Notes: generated by a model not told the origin, from the sequence alone. A stretch of DNA of 64,000 bases from an uncultured delta proteobacterium (GCA_963767925.1 CAVYGB010000008.1:3248239-3312238), one strand, 5' to 3'. Counted from the stretch's first letter, positions 1 to 18,152 are shown. Translations and numbers: made by a program.

Positions 1-952
1 GCTGCTCGCGGCCCGGCTCGATGCCCTGCTCACGCAGAAAGCCAGCGGTCCGCATCCGGTCCCAGGCGAAGCGGGTCACCACCTCGGTCAGCTCGGCGGC
101 GAAGGTGTCGGCGGTGTCGTAGCGACAGGACCGCTCGCGGGCCAGGGCCCGGCCCACGATCCGGTCGAGCTCGGCCGGGACGCCCGCCCGCTCGCGCGAG
201 GGGGGACGCACCTTGCAGGCGCGCACCAGGGCCATGGTGTGCCGGTCGTCGTGGGCCCGGAACAGGCGGCGGGCGGTCAGAAGCTCGTGCAGCAGGACGC
301 CTGCGGCAAAGATGTCCGTCCGCCCGTCGAGCTCGAGCTCCCCCTCGAGGGCCTCGGGCGACATGTAGGCCACCTTCCCCTTGAGCGATCCGTTGCTCGG
401 CTGCTCGGCCGGGCGCGCGCCCGCCATGGCCACCCCGAAGTCCACCAGCTTGACGCTGCCGTCGTAGCCGACCATGACGTTCGAGGGGCTGACGTCCCGG
501 TGGATGATGGACAGGGGGTTTCCCTCCTCGTCCTTCAGGGCGTGGGCGTAGGCCAGGGCCAGCGCCACCTCCCGCACGAGGTAGGTGGCCATGCCGACCG
601 GCACGGGCACGCCGTCGAGCCGCTTGAGCAGCTCGGCCAGGTTGACCCCGTGGACGTATTCCATGGCCAGGTACAGCTCGCCCTCGTTCTCGGCGAACTC
701 GAAGACCTGCACGATGTTGCTGTGGTTGAGCTGGGCCGAGAGCAGGGCCTCGGCGGTGAACATCGCCACCAGCTCGGGGTCGAGGCAAAGGTGGGGCAAG
801 ATGCGCTTGACGACTACCAGTCGCTGGAAGTTCTGGGCGCCGTGGATGCGCGCCTTCCAGATCTCCGCCATGCCGCCGCGGCCGATGGGCCGGATGAGCG
901 TGTAGCGCCCGAACCGTCGGGCAATGGAGATCCTGCCCTCTGCTTCCGTCAC
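1..952 (-). CDS. Ser/Thr protein kinase (3' end lies outside the window)
   Basis: Manual translation from GTG at 952: RFGRYTLIRPIGRGGMAEIW, VVVKRILP, IIHRDVSPSN, KLVDFG, GKVAYMSPE. It is not in the ORF track because no stop falls in the window. Confidence 0.9.
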   Translation of the reverse strand, partial: MTEAEGRISIARRFGRYTLIRPIGRGGMAEIWKARIHGAQNFQRLVVVKRILPHLCLDPELVAMFTAEALLSAQLNHSNIVQVFEFAENEGELYLAMEYVHGVNLAELLKRLDGVPVPVGMATYLVREVALALAYAHALKDEEGNPLSIIHRDVSPSNVMVGYDGSVKLVDFGVAMAGARPAEQPSNGSLKGKVAYMSPEALEGELELDGRTDIFAAGVLLHELLTARRLFRAHDDRHTMALVRACKVRPPSRERAGVPAELDRIVGRALARERSCRYDTADTFAAELTEVVTRFAWDRMRTAGFLREQGIEPGREQ

Positions 953-1256
953 CGGACCCCCTCGCTGAGAACCCGCTCTGCCAAGCCAGCGTCTTGCCGG
1001 TTTCGACACCGCGGGGCCCCGGAAGTTAACACAGGCCTCCGGGCTTGAAACCGCCAACCTCGTCGGTCCCACCCTGATCCGTGGGCCTGATGGCGATGCC
1101 CCCGAGACGCATGCGCAACGAGAACGAGGGACCTTCGATCGGCGTCCCCGGACCGGTATCATCTGAGTCGACACCCGCCCGTCGCGGAGGCCGGAGAAGC
1201 GCAGTTTTTCTCCGGGCCGATCCGGTGGTAAGCAGCGGGGACGGATTTACACCCAC

Positions 1257-2801
1257 ATGCCACCCCAATTCGACGACGAGCAGCGAAGCGACACCCCCAC
1301 CGAACCGGTCCGCAAGGGTGATCCATGCACGATCGTCATCTTCGGCGCCTCGGGCGACCTCACCAAACGCAAGCTGGCCCCCGCCCTCTACAACCTCTCC
1401 CGGGAGGGTTTGCTTCCCGATTCCCTCGCGGTCGTGGGCTATGCCCGCCGCGAGATCGACAACGAGACCTTCCGGGAACGGATGCGGGCCGAGGTGGCCG
1501 AGCACACCGGGGGCGCGCTGGATGTCGAGGCCTGGCACCGACTCGAGCAGAGGCTCTATTACCAGCGGGGGGATCTCGAGTCGGCCCCCCACTTCGCCGA
1601 CCTGGAACGGACGCTGACCGAGCTCGAGACCCGCCACCAGACCCAGGGCAACATCCTCTTTTACCTGGCCACCGCCCCCGACCTGTTCGCCCCGGTGGTG
1701 CGCCAGCTCGAGGCCCGCGGGCTGACCACCGAGACCGATCACCGCTGGCGGCGCGTGGTGGTGGAGAAGCCCTTCGGGCGGGACCTGGCCTCCGCGCGCG
1801 AGCTGAACCTGGAGCTGCGGCGCGCGCTCAAGGAGAGCCAGATCTACCGGATCGATCACTACCTCGGGAAAGAGACCGTCCAGAACCTGCTGGTCTTCCG
1901 CTTCTCGAACGGGATCTTCGAGCCGATCTGGAACCGCCGCTACGTCGACCACGTCCAGATCACCGTCTCGGAGACGCTGGGGGTGGAGGGGCGCGGCGGC
2001 TACTACGACCGCTCGGGCGCCCTGCGGGACATGGTGCCCAACCACATCTTCCAGCTCATCAGCCTGGTGGCGATGGAGCCGCCGATCTCCTTCGAGGCCG
2101 ACGCCGTCCGCGACGAGCAGAGCAAGGTCCTGCGCGCGGTCAACCCGATGACCCCCGAGCAGGTGCTCCGCAGCGCCGTGCGCGGGCAATACGGGGCGGG
2201 GCGGTTCCAGGGGCGCGCGCTGGTCGACTACCGCCGCGAGCCCCAGGTCAATCCCCTCTCCAACACCGAGACCTTCGTGGCGATGCGGCTCGAGATCGAT
2301 AGCTGGCGCTGGAAGGGCGTCCCCTTTTACCTGCGGGTGGGCAAGGCCTTGCCGAAGCGCCTCTCCGAGATCGCGGTCGTGTTCCGCCGGCCTCCGTTTT
2401 CCCTGTTCCGCAACACCCCCATCGACAAGCTCGAGCCGAACCAGCTCGTGATCAACGTGCAGCCCGACGAGGGCATCCAGCTCACCTTCGGGGCCAAGAA
2501 GCCGGGGGCGGCCATGAACATCGGGCGGGTGGCCATGCGCTTCAACTACGCCGACTACTTCGGGCAGAAGCCGGCCACCGGCTACGAGCGGCTGCTCTAC
2601 GACGCCCTGCTGGGCGACCAGACCCTGTTCCAGCGGGCCGACACGGTAGAGGCCGGCTGGAGCGTGGTGACCCCGTTGCTCGATGTGTGGCAGGCCTTGA
2701 CCGCCCGCGACTACCCCAACTACGCGGCAGGCACCTGGGGGCCCAGCGCGGCCACCGAGCTGATGGCCCGGGACGGCCGGGAGTGGCGCGACGGGCGCTG
2801 A
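1257..2801 (+). CDS. zwf: Glucose-6-phosphate 1-dehydrogenase
   Basis: IFGASGDL, VEKPFG, RIDHYLGKE, WKGVPFYLRVGK and YERLL motifs; 514 aa. Confidence 0.97.
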   Translation: MPPQFDDEQRSDTPTEPVRKGDPCTIVIFGASGDLTKRKLAPALYNLSREGLLPDSLAVVGYARREIDNETFRERMRAEVAEHTGGALDVEAWHRLEQRLYYQRGDLESAPHFADLERTLTELETRHQTQGNILFYLATAPDLFAPVVRQLEARGLTTETDHRWRRVVVEKPFGRDLASARELNLELRRALKESQIYRIDHYLGKETVQNLLVFRFSNGIFEPIWNRRYVDHVQITVSETLGVEGRGGYYDRSGALRDMVPNHIFQLISLVAMEPPISFEADAVRDEQSKVLRAVNPMTPEQVLRSAVRGQYGAGRFQGRALVDYRREPQVNPLSNTETFVAMRLEIDSWRWKGVPFYLRVGKALPKRLSEIAVVFRRPPFSLFRNTPIDKLEPNQLVINVQPDEGIQLTFGAKKPGAAMNIGRVAMRFNYADYFGQKPATGYERLLYDALLGDQTLFQRADTVEAGWSVVTPLLDVWQALTARDYPNYAAGTWGPSAATELMARDGREWRDGR

Positions 2802-2887
2802 TCGATCCCGCGTCAACCCCGCCGGCCTTGCGGCGGGGTGACCGCCGTGACAGCGTCGCCCCTCCACTGCGAGGAGGAAGAAACGCC

Positions 2888-3409
2888 GTGTCGAAGCTCA
2901 GCCTGATCGGGACTCTGTCACTGGGGCTCTTCGCCCTCTCTGCTCGGGCCCAGGACAAGCCGGCGGCGCCTCCGCCCGCGCCGTCCGCCCCGGGCGCCGC
3001 CCCCGCCGCGGACAACCGCCCCAGGTGGGTGGTGGCCTGCGAAGGGGACGTCAAGAAGCTGTGCGCGGAGCAGGCCAAGTCCGGCGACGCCCGCCCCTGC
3101 CTGGCGGACAACGAGAAGGACCTCACCCAGGGCTGCAAGGACGCCTTCATCCGCCAGTACCGGATCGTCCAGCTCTGCAAGGACGACATCGAGAAGCTGT
3201 GTGGCGGGGCCAACGGCGACGGCCGGGCCATCGCCAAGTGCTTCAACGAGAAGCAGGATCAGCTCTCGCCAAAGTGCCGGGCCGCCCTCAGCCGCGGCTC
3301 GCGCGAGCACGACAAGGCCGAGGCCAAGACGGAGGCGGCGACCAAGCCGGCCGAGGAGGCCCCCAAGAAGAAGAAGGCCGTCAAGGTCAGCAAGCCCGCC
3401 GCCAACTAG
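2888..3409 (+). CDS. Secreted cysteine-rich repeat protein with Lys-rich tail
   Basis: GAGGAGG RBS, GTG start and signal peptide; two repeats (CEGDVKKLC...C...C and CKDDIEKLC...C...C). Confidence 0.75.
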   Translation: MSKLSLIGTLSLGLFALSARAQDKPAAPPPAPSAPGAAPAADNRPRWVVACEGDVKKLCAEQAKSGDARPCLADNEKDLTQGCKDAFIRQYRIVQLCKDDIEKLCGGANGDGRAIAKCFNEKQDQLSPKCRAALSRGSREHDKAEAKTEAATKPAEEAPKKKKAVKVSKPAAN

Positions 3410-3423
3410 TGCGGTGAGGCACT

Positions 3424-3604
3424 AGGGATGTCCATTTGACGGACGCGTCCGTTCGCGTCCCCGTCCCCGTCCCCGGCGGCGTCCGCACGCTTGACTGAGC
3501 ATTTCGACGACGCCGTGGCCCGGGTTGGTCCTGCTCTCCTGGCGCCTCGGGGACGGGGACGCATACGGCCACGCGCGCAGGCCCCTCCCAAATAGGGACA
3601 CCCT
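3424..3604. repeat. Intergenic palindromic element (MITE/REP-like)
   Basis: Imperfect terminal IR (AGGGATGTCCATTTG / CAAATAGGGACACCCT) plus an internal IR, (CGTCCC)n versus (GGGACG)n; lies between convergent genes. Confidence 0.5.
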
Positions 3605-3651
3605 GGCCCCGGCACACCGCGGGGAGAGGTGAGGTGACGCCCCGGTGGCCG

Positions 3652-4702
3652 TCAGCGGCTGGCGTAGACGCCGCAGGATTCGCGGACCAGGAGGCGGGAG
3701 CTGAGGACGATCTGTTCGTGGGCCCGCACGGTGGTGTCGTCGGTGATGCGGGAGATGAGGGCCTCGGCGCCCCGCTGGCCGATGAGGAAGCCGGGCTGCG
3801 CGATGGTGGTCAGGCGCGGGCGGAAGCCCTCCTGCCACTCGTAGTCGTCGTAGCTGATGATGCTGATGTCCTCGGGGCAGCGCAGCCCGCGGGCGCCGAT
3901 GGCCTGCAGCGCGCCGATGGTGAGGCGGCTGTTGGGCACGAACATCGCCGTGGGGGGCGGGCAGCTCGAGCAGCCGCTGGGTGGCGGCGAAGCCGTCGGC
4001 GGCGCTGGCGGTCACCCGGGCCATGTACGCGGAGTCGGGGCCCAGCCCCGCCTCCTGCATCGCCTGCACGTACCCTTCGGCCCGGTCGCGGTGGCTCGAC
4101 ACCTCGAGCGTTGTGTCGAGCAGGGCGATCTGCTTGTGGCCGAGGCGCTGCAGGTGGCGGACGGCGTCGCCCGAGGCGCGCAGGTTGTCCGAGACCACCA
4201 CGTCGCGTCCCGAGCCCACCTGGCGGTCCACGAAGACGAGCGGCAGCGGATAGGCCTCGAGGCGGCGCTGCCACTCGGCGTCCTCGCCGCTGCGGGGCGC
4301 GGGGATCAGCACCACCCCGTCGCAGCGCAGGCCCCGCAGGGTCTGCAGGTGCTCCCACTCGATCATGGGGTCCTCGCCGGCGTTGGCGAGGATGAGGTTG
4401 AAGCCGGCCGCGCGGGCCGCGCTGTCGACGCCCTTGACCACCTCCGGGAAATACGGATTCGTGATGTCGGGGATCACCATCCCAAGGGTCATCGTGCGCT
4501 TCATCTTCAGGCTGCGCGCGATGCGGTTGGGCAGGTAGGCCAGCTCCTTGATGGCCTCCTCGATCCGCCGCTCGGCGGCGGCGCTCACGACCTTGTGGTT
4601 CAGATAGCGCGAGACCGTCGAGATCGAGACCCCGGCCCGGCGGGCGACCTCCCGGATGTCGGCCGCCTTCTTTTCGCTATCGCCTTCGCCGGAGCTTCTC
4701 AT
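3652..4702 (-). CDS. LacI-family transcriptional regulator (one frameshift near 3950)
   Basis: IREVARRAGVSISTVSR HTH; the C-terminus (PEDISIISYDD, LTTIAQP, LLVRESC) is in ORF 3652-3945. Confidence 0.92.
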
Positions 4703-4739
4703 GAGTTGATGCGCCTGCCACCCGCCCCTCCCCGGATCG

Positions 4740-5439
4740 TCACCGGGCCGGGTTGGCCGCTTCGATGACTCGTGTTCCGGGAGGCTCGGTCCATTTGAAA
4801 AGGGAATCAGCCAGCTTGGTGTTTATCTTTACTTCGGAAAACGTGATGGCGTTGATGTCCCCTTGCGTATTTATCAGCACGCTCTGCCGGACCAGGTAGG
4901 TCTTGGGGTCGACGACGAGGTAGATCGCCTTGTACGTGGACTGTGGCTTGCGCGGCTTGAGGGCCAGGCGGTGGTCCTCGGCCTCGCCATAAGGCAACTC
5001 CTTGGCCACGGATATATCGAACTCGTCGGAGAGCTTGCCCTTGCCCATGAGGAAAGACACCGCAGCGGGTAGCTGTGATCCCTTGAGATCCTGACGGTAG
5101 GCCTGCTTGGCCTCGGGCTCGTAGACCCACAACGTGCCCTCGGAGGCCAGATACATCTGAGGCTCGGGCCCGGCGTAGTTCCAGCGCATGCGGCCCGGCT
5201 TCTTGACCAGCACCTCGCCGGTGGAGGTCCGCTCCCGCCCGGTGGCCGCATAGGTGTACTTCTGGGTGAACGTGGCGCGGTAGTCGGCCGCCGATTCGTA
5301 ACGCTTCTGGATCCGCTGGATCACCTGCGGCAGGGGCTCCGGTCTGGCGGTCGGCGGCGGCGGCGGCGGCCGGGACGCTGGCGGGACCCGCCGCAGGGGC
5401 GGCCGCCAGGGCGAACAACGCGAGTAGCCAAGTGGACAT
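4740..5439 (-). CDS. lolA: Outer-membrane lipoprotein carrier LolA (frameshift near the N-terminus)
   Basis: Signal peptide from ATG 5439; ATFTQ, KKPGRMRWNY and LWVYEP motifs; downstream of ftsK. Confidence 0.85.
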
Positions 5440-5552
5440 TTGTTGAACTCTACTTTACGACCGGGTCGAGCGGGTTCGCCCGCCGAGGCGCGATCGTTCC
5501 TCATGAATGTGACGGCGGTCGGTCCGCCGCGATTCAGGCGCCTCAGGGCGCA

Positions 5553-5795
5553 TCAGGTGTCCAGCGGCGGCGTGTCCGAAAGCAGGCCGAAGCGGGAGCG
5601 GTCCTCCTCGGTCGCGATGCGCAGGACCCGGGCCTTGGCGGGGCGCACGGTCCAGCGATCGCCCATCCACCGCCGAACGAACGGCCAGCGACCGGCGCCG
5701 AAGCAGCCGGTGTAGGTGATGGCGAGTTGCTCCGCGCGGCGGCCACGAGCCACCACGACGAGGGTTCCGGCCGGGATGCCTTCGTCCGGCTTCAT
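5553..5795 (-). CDS. Small hypothetical protein
   Basis: MKPDEGIPAGTLVVV...; fills the gap in a minus-strand gene run. Confidence 0.5.
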   Translation of the reverse strand: MKPDEGIPAGTLVVVARGRRAEQLAITYTGCFGAGRWPFVRRWMGDRWTVRPAKARVLRIATEEDRSRFGLLSDTPPLDT

Positions 5796-5829
5796 CCCAG
5801 TGCTTTCCTGGTTTTTCGGGGGGGCCAGT

Positions 5830-6552
5830 CTAACGCCCGCTGCTGCCGGGGGCACCCAGGGAGAGGCGCAGTCGCAGCGAAACCAGGTCCCGCGCCACCC
5901 CCGCGATGCGGCGCAAGCCGGTGCTCTTGCTGCGTCCTGAACGGCGAGGGAGGCAGGATATTCCCACCACCGAGGTCGGCACCCGCTGGCGCAGCATCCG
6001 GATGGGGAACTCGAAGTTGAGGAAAAACGTGTCGGGGACGAGGATCCGGGGATCGAAGAGCTCGCGCCGGAAGAGATAAGGTCCATCCGACTGCATCGGC
6101 ACCTGGAACAGCGCCCAGATCAGCCCCCGGATGCCCGCCGACAGGAGCGTCCGGTCCCAGCCATCGTCCCGGTCGCGGTAGATCGATAACACCACCGACG
6201 CGCCCCCGGTCTTCGCCGTCTCGACGAGGGTCCCGAGCGCCTCGGGCGCGATCTGACCGTCGCAGGGCAAGAAGGTGACCCAGGGCAAGCTCGCCGCGGC
6301 CACCCCGGTCTTCAGGGCGGCGCCGATGCCCCGGTTGACCGGGTGGCGCAGCACCTGGCATCCGGGGCGCCCGGCGAGCACGGCCCGCGCCGCCTCCGCG
6401 GTGCCGTCGCGGCTGCCGTCGTCGACGAAGATCAGCTCGAAGGGGGCCAGACGCGCCTCGAGCCAGGCGAGGATCTCCGGCAGGACGGTGGGGACGTTGC
6501 TGGCTTCGTTGTAAGCGAAGACCACCAGCGCAAGTGGCAGCGTCCCCGACAT
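5830..6552 (-). CDS. Glycosyltransferase family 2 (DPM-synthase-like)
   Basis: FAYNEA, IFVDDGSRDGT, NRGIGAALKTG, CDGQ. Confidence 0.9.
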   Translation of the reverse strand: MSGTLPLALVVFAYNEASNVPTVLPEILAWLEARLAPFELIFVDDGSRDGTAEAARAVLAGRPGCQVLRHPVNRGIGAALKTGVAAASLPWVTFLPCDGQIAPEALGTLVETAKTGGASVVLSIYRDRDDGWDRTLLSAGIRGLIWALFQVPMQSDGPYLFRRELFDPRILVPDTFFLNFEFPIRMLRQRVPTSVVGISCLPRRSGRSKSTGLRRIAGVARDLVSLRLRLSLGAPGSSGR

Positions 6553-6558
6553 GGGCCC

Positions 6559-7080
6559 TCAGCGGTGCCGCAGGATGCGGGCCGGGCTGCCGGCCACGAC
6601 CGCATATTCGGGCACGTCGCGGGTGACGACCGCCCCCGCCCCGATGACCGCCCCCCGCCCCACCGTCACGCCGGGCAGCAGGATCGCGCCCAGGCCGACG
6701 TCGGCGTCCTCCTCGATCACCACCGGGGCCAGGGCCAGCGGGGAGAACAGGACCGGGGTGGCCCGACCGCTCTCGCGGTGCTGGGAGGTCAGGATCTTGA
6801 CCCCCGGACCGATGCCGACGCGGGCGCCGATGGTGAGGCCCCCCGCCGAGTGGAAGAAACACTGCTGCCCGATCCAGGTCTCGTCGCCGATCTGCATCTG
6901 GTTCTGGTGGTACCCCTTGAGGATGCTCGCGTGGCCGACGTAGACGTTGCGCCCGAGGGTGATGTTCTCGGGGTGAAAGACCAGCACCCCCGTCTCGAAG
7001 ACGCAGTCGGGGCCCAGGGCCCGGAACTGCTCGGGCAGGAAGGCGCCCGTCCCGTGGCTGCGGTGTCTCGGCTTGTCCAT
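6559..7080 (-). CDS. Hexapeptide-repeat acyltransferase
   Basis: Starts MDKPRH; left-handed beta-helix repeats; ILLPGVTVGRGAVIGAGAVVTRDVP...GSPAR. Confidence 0.9.
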   Translation of the reverse strand: MDKPRHRSHGTGAFLPEQFRALGPDCVFETGVLVFHPENITLGRNVYVGHASILKGYHQNQMQIGDETWIGQQCFFHSAGGLTIGARVGIGPGVKILTSQHRESGRATPVLFSPLALAPVVIEEDADVGLGAILLPGVTVGRGAVIGAGAVVTRDVPEYAVVAGSPARILRHR

Positions 7081-7082
7081 CG

Positions 7083-7746
7083 TCAACCTCCCGCCACGTA
7101 GTGAGCCCCGAGGGCGATCCCGAGCTGCCCCGTCCAGTAAAAGGCCAGGTTCATCGTCTGCTGCATCGGCAGGGGCTGCCGGAAGCGGCCCCAGGCCAGG
7201 ATGGCGTCGCTGAGATAAAACGAGACCGCCCCGGCCGTGATGGGGACGGTGACGTAAAAGGGCCAGGGCCCGCCGAGCAGCACGTAGGCCGCGCCCACCA
7301 TGACGGTGATGGCCAGGCCGTACAGCAGGATCGGCGCTCGCAGCCCCCCGTCGACGCGCGGCCAGAGCCGGCGCAGCAGCCAGGTCGTCGCGAGGGTCAT
7401 CACCGCCAGTCCAACGAGCGCCGTCGGATCGAAGGGCCCCCGCCCGCCCCCCAGCAGGAAGGCGGAGGTGAAGGCGGCGTGGGCCAGCAAGAAGAGCAGC
7501 AGGCCGGCGAGGAAGAAGCCCGCCGCTCTCGACCAGCAGGGCGGTGTCGCCGAGGGCCGAGAGGAGCAGCGCCCCCACAACGAGGACGCCGAACCGATCC
7601 TGGGAGGGCATGCCGGTGACGAGGAGCAGGGACAGGGTCGCGGCGGGCTTGGTGAACAGGAACAGCCAGCGCCACCGCCCATCGGCGGAGATGAGCGCGA
7701 TAAGCGCCAGGGCCCCGAAGATGAGCAGGGCCAGGGGGAGCTCCAC
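7083..7746 (-). CDS. YhhN/lysoplasmalogenase-family membrane protein (frameshift near 7525)
   Basis: FTKP, SALGDTALL, GLLLFLLAH, FYLSDAILAW and YWTGQ motifs split over two frames. Confidence 0.85.
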
Positions 7747-7811
7747 CCCTTCATTTTATGCCCTTGCGACAGGGCGGTCACCGAAAAGGTGTCCGCACCG
7801 ACGGTGGCGGC

Positions 7812-10832
<3,021 letters not shown>

Positions 10833-10958
10833 CTCGCTACCTACTTTATCCTACATTGGAATCTAAAGCCTACATCCCAGGGTAAACCGGCTGGCGGTCC
10901 CGTCAAATTTCCCGCCCGCGGCCGCGGGGTTCCCCCGAGGGCGTCGCCCTGGCGGCTG

Positions 10959-13242
<2,284 letters not shown>

Positions 13243-13432
13243 GGGCAAAGCGGACACGACATTATAGTAGTACGTCTGCCCACATCTTCGCGTCGAGCGC
13301 GCCGTCACCACCCGTCCGGGCAGGGCCGGACCGGGCACAAATTCGCCGGAGGGCCGGCTGCCGCGGGTGGGGGTCGAGGTGTCAGAAGCTCCGGACGCGC
13401 GTGCCTACACGGGTTATGATTAGGGCCAACTC

Positions 13433-14116
13433 ATGAGCTGGGAAACCATCCGAGACCTCGTCCGCGACGAGTGGTTGATTCTGTCCCTCCTGCTGCTCTG
13501 GTCGCTGGTGGGGCTCACCATCATCTGCGAGCGGGTTTATGCATTGTGGAACGTGCTCCCCAAATCGGAGGCGTTCAAGAACAAGGTCGTCGGCGCCATC
13601 GAGGCGGCGATCTCGCCAAGGCCACCGCCCTGTGCGAGACGGCCAGCGAGCCGCTCGCCGACGTGTTCGAGCGGGGCCTGAAGATGTTCCGCAAACGCTC
13701 GGGCAAGGTCACCGAGGCGGTCAACTCGCAGCGCCTGGTTGTCGTCGGATCCTTCAGGCGCTACCTCTGGCTGCTCGGCACGGTGGGCTCGTCGGCGCCC
13801 TTCGTCGGTCTGTTCGGCACGGTGGTCGGCATCCTCAAGGCCTTCCAGTCGATGTCGGTGGCCGGCTCGGCCGGGTTCAAGGTCGTCTCCCAGGGCATCG
13901 CCGCCGCGCTGGTGGCCACCGCCGCCGGCCTGCTTGTCGCGATCTACGCCATCATGGCCTACAACTACTTCGTCGCCCGGGTGAACGCGATCGTCGGTGC
14001 AGTACAAGCTGCACGCCGAGGAGTTCCTGAACGCGCTGGCCGAGCACGGGCCGGTCAAGGCGGCGGCGCCCGCTCCGGCCGCGGCCGGCGGCGAGGGCCC
14101 CGTCGCGTCCGCCTGA
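13433..14116 (+). CDS. MotA/TolQ/ExbB proton channel protein (frameshifted)
   Basis: SAPFVGLFGTVVGI and ALVATAAGLLVAI motifs; directly upstream of an ExbD-like gene. Confidence 0.9.
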
Positions 14117-14134
14117 TCGAGAGGGAGACAAACC

Positions 14135-14608
14135 ATGGGTATGAACGTCAACCTCGACGACAGCTCGTCTTCGATGGACGAGTCGGACGGCCCGGAGTCC
14201 GTGGTCGCGGAGATCAACATCACCCCGCTGACCGACGTGTTCCTCGTGCTGCTGATCATCTTCATGGTCACCGCCACCGCGGCGGTGGACGCGGAGAAGG
14301 CCGCCCGCGAGGGCGTGAAGGTGGCCCTGCCCCAGGCCGACGCCGCCGGGCCGGTCACGACCAAGCGGGCGGTGCCGGTGTTGACCATCACCGCGGCCAA
14401 CGAGATCTTCCTGTTTTCGCGCAAGCTCGACCCCAACCCGACCGTGATAGAGCAGGAGCTGAAGAAGGCCCTGACCGAGGGGAACTCCGACACCCTCCTA
14501 CTCCGCGGCGACAAGCAGGTCATGCTGGGATCGGCGGTCGACATCATGTCGATCGCCAAGCGGGCGGGCGCGAAGAACATCGGCATCCTGACGCAACCAG
14601 GCAAGTAG
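14135..14608 (+). CDS. ExbD/TolR biopolymer transport protein
   Basis: EINITPLTDVFLVLLIIFMV and LRGDK motifs. Confidence 0.93.
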   Translation: MGMNVNLDDSSSSMDESDGPESVVAEINITPLTDVFLVLLIIFMVTATAAVDAEKAAREGVKVALPQADAAGPVTTKRAVPVLTITAANEIFLFSRKLDPNPTVIEQELKKALTEGNSDTLLLRGDKQVMLGSAVDIMSIAKRAGAKNIGILTQPGK

Positions 14609-14803
14609 CGGGCTCGTCCAAACCGCCCCACGATCGGGCGTGGTCGCATCCAAACCGCCCCACGGATCGGCCGGCGATTTTCCCGGCCACCTGAAATTTT
14701 CGAGCTCTGGGCGGGCAGCAGCGCCACCGGGCGCCAGGCACATCCCCTGCAGGTAGAGAGGACGGCTGGAACGCCAGCCCGCCCGTACCAAAGGAGATTG
14801 TCT

Positions 14804-15025
14804 ATGAAGCTGACCCGTACGCTCATTCTCGGAATCGCCTTCCTCATGCCGTCCACGGCGCTGCTCGCCCGCGCGGATGACAAGCCGGCCGCCGACAAGG
14901 CCGCTCCGGCCGAGGGCGCCGCTCCCGCCGAAGGCGAGAAGAAGGCCAAGAAGAAGAAGGCCAAGAAGGAAGACAAGAAGGAAGAGGCCCCCGCCGCCCC
15001 GGCCGCCGAGCCCGAGAAGAAGTAA
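14804..15025 (+). CDS. Small secreted Lys/Ala/Glu-rich protein
   Basis: AAGGAG RBS, signal peptide, low-complexity mature part, own terminator. Confidence 0.75.
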   Translation: MKLTRTLILGIAFLMPSTALLARADDKPAADKAAPAEGAAPAEGEKKAKKKKAKKEDKKEEAPAAPAAEPEKK

Positions 15026-15048
15026 CACCTCCCTCAGCCGAGGTAGAA

Positions 15049-15087
15049 AGGACCCCCGGGAGCGATCTCTCGGGGGTCTTCGTTTTT
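15049..15087 (+). terminator. Rho-independent terminator
   Basis: GACCCCCGGGAG-CGAT-CTCTCGGGGGTC stem-loop followed by TTCGTTTTT. Confidence 0.85.
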
Positions 15088-15185
15088 CAAAGGCTTCGCG
15101 CCGAGCGAGCTCGGCGGCAGCTCCGCACGCGTGGCTGGGGTTTTCGCGTTAGGATCGAATCGAGGCGAGGGCTGAGACGAGGAAC

Positions 15186-16762
15186 ATGACGGTCCGGACC
15201 AAGGTCTGGTTGCTGGTCGCAGCGGGGGTCGCCGTCGATCGCGGGCGCCACCGGGTGGCTGCACACCTACGCCCTGCGGCGCGAGCTGACCAAGCAGACC
15301 CGCGACGCCGCCTCGGCGGTGGTCAAGGAGATCGCCGACGCCCTGGTCGCCCTCGACGCCGACGCCGAGGACCACGACCTGGCCCACGTGCTGTCCACCT
15401 ACAGTGTGCGGCACGCCCGCATCCAGCGGATCGAGCTGCACGTCGAGCGCGAGGACCTCGGCTCCGCGCTGAGCATCGTCGCCCCCCGGGGCGATCGAGC
15501 CGGAGATCCGCCGGCTGGGGCCGGCCTATCCGGCTGCCCGAGCACCGCTTCACCCGGGTCGAGACCGGCGCCGACACCTACGAGCTCCAGGAGCCGGTCG
15601 ATCTGCAGGGGCCCTGGAAGGCCACCTTGCTGCTGCACTGGAGCCTGGGGGCGGTCGAGTCGGTGCTGCGCGAGTCGGAGCGCTGGGCGATCGACGCTGG
15701 GGGCCCTGCAGCTGGTGGCGCTGGTGCTGCTGGTCGGCTTCCTGGTCGACCGGGCGGTGGTGCGGCGCCTCGAGGTGCTGGCCCGGGCCATGCGCGACGT
15801 CGAGGAGGGCGACCTCGACGCGGCGGGTGCCGGTGGCCTCCGACGACGAGGTCGGGCGGCTGTCCCACGGCTTCAACCGCATGCTCGACCAGCTGTCGGC
15901 GCGCCGACCGGGAGATCCGGGCCTTCAACCAGCGGCTGGCCCAGGAGATCGACGCCGCCACCCAGGATCTGTCACAAGAAGAACGTCGCCCTGGCCCAGT
16001 TGAACCGGCTGCTGATCGACCTGCGCCGGGAGAACGCCTCCCGGGTGCGGCTGGCGACCCTGGGGCAGCTGGCCGCCCAGCTGGCCCACGAGATCGGCAC
16101 GCCGCTGTCGTCGGTCTCGGGGCACCTGCAGCTGGCGCTGCTGCGAGCGGGAGCTGCTGCCCGGGGTGCGCGAGCGGCTGGAGGTGTCGGTCGCGCGAGA
16201 TCGGTCGCATCGGGCGCATCGTGCGCGACTACCTCGACTCGACCCGCTCGCTCGAGCCCGAGCGCAAGCCCAGCTCGCTCCGACAGATCCTGACCGAGGC
16301 GGTCGAGCTGACCGGCGGCCTCGACCGCGGCGATGGCGCCCGCATCGAGGTCTCGCTGGCCGACGACCCGGCCGAGTTCGTGACCGACCCGGGGCTGCTG
16401 CGCCAGATCGTGATCAACCTGCTGACCAACGCCCTCGACGCGGTGGAGCCGGGCGGGCGCATCGTGGTGGGGGCCCGGGTCACCGAGGCCGAGGTCATCA
16501 TCACCGTCAACGACACCGGCAGCGGCATCTCCTCGGAGGACCTGCGGCGGATCTTCGAGCCGTTTTACACGACCAAGGGGCGCGGCAAGGGGACCGGGCT
16601 GGGGCTGGCCATCTGCCGCGAGCTGGTGGCGGCGCTGGGCGGGCAGATCGGGGTGCGAGAGCACGCCGGGCCAGGGCTCCACCTTCACCGTGCGCCTGCC
16701 CCTGCGGGGCGCGCCCCAGGGGACCGAGGCGCGACCGTACGCGGCGGCCGGGGGCCAGCGCG

Positions 16763-16766
<4 letters not shown>
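15186..16766 (+). CDS. HAMP sensor histidine kinase (multiple frameshifts)
   Basis: LAHEIGTPL, QIVINLLTNA, DTGSG, FYTTK and GTGLGLAI across frames. Confidence 0.88.
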
Positions 16767-18148
<1,382 letters not shown>

Positions 18149-18152
18149 CCGC

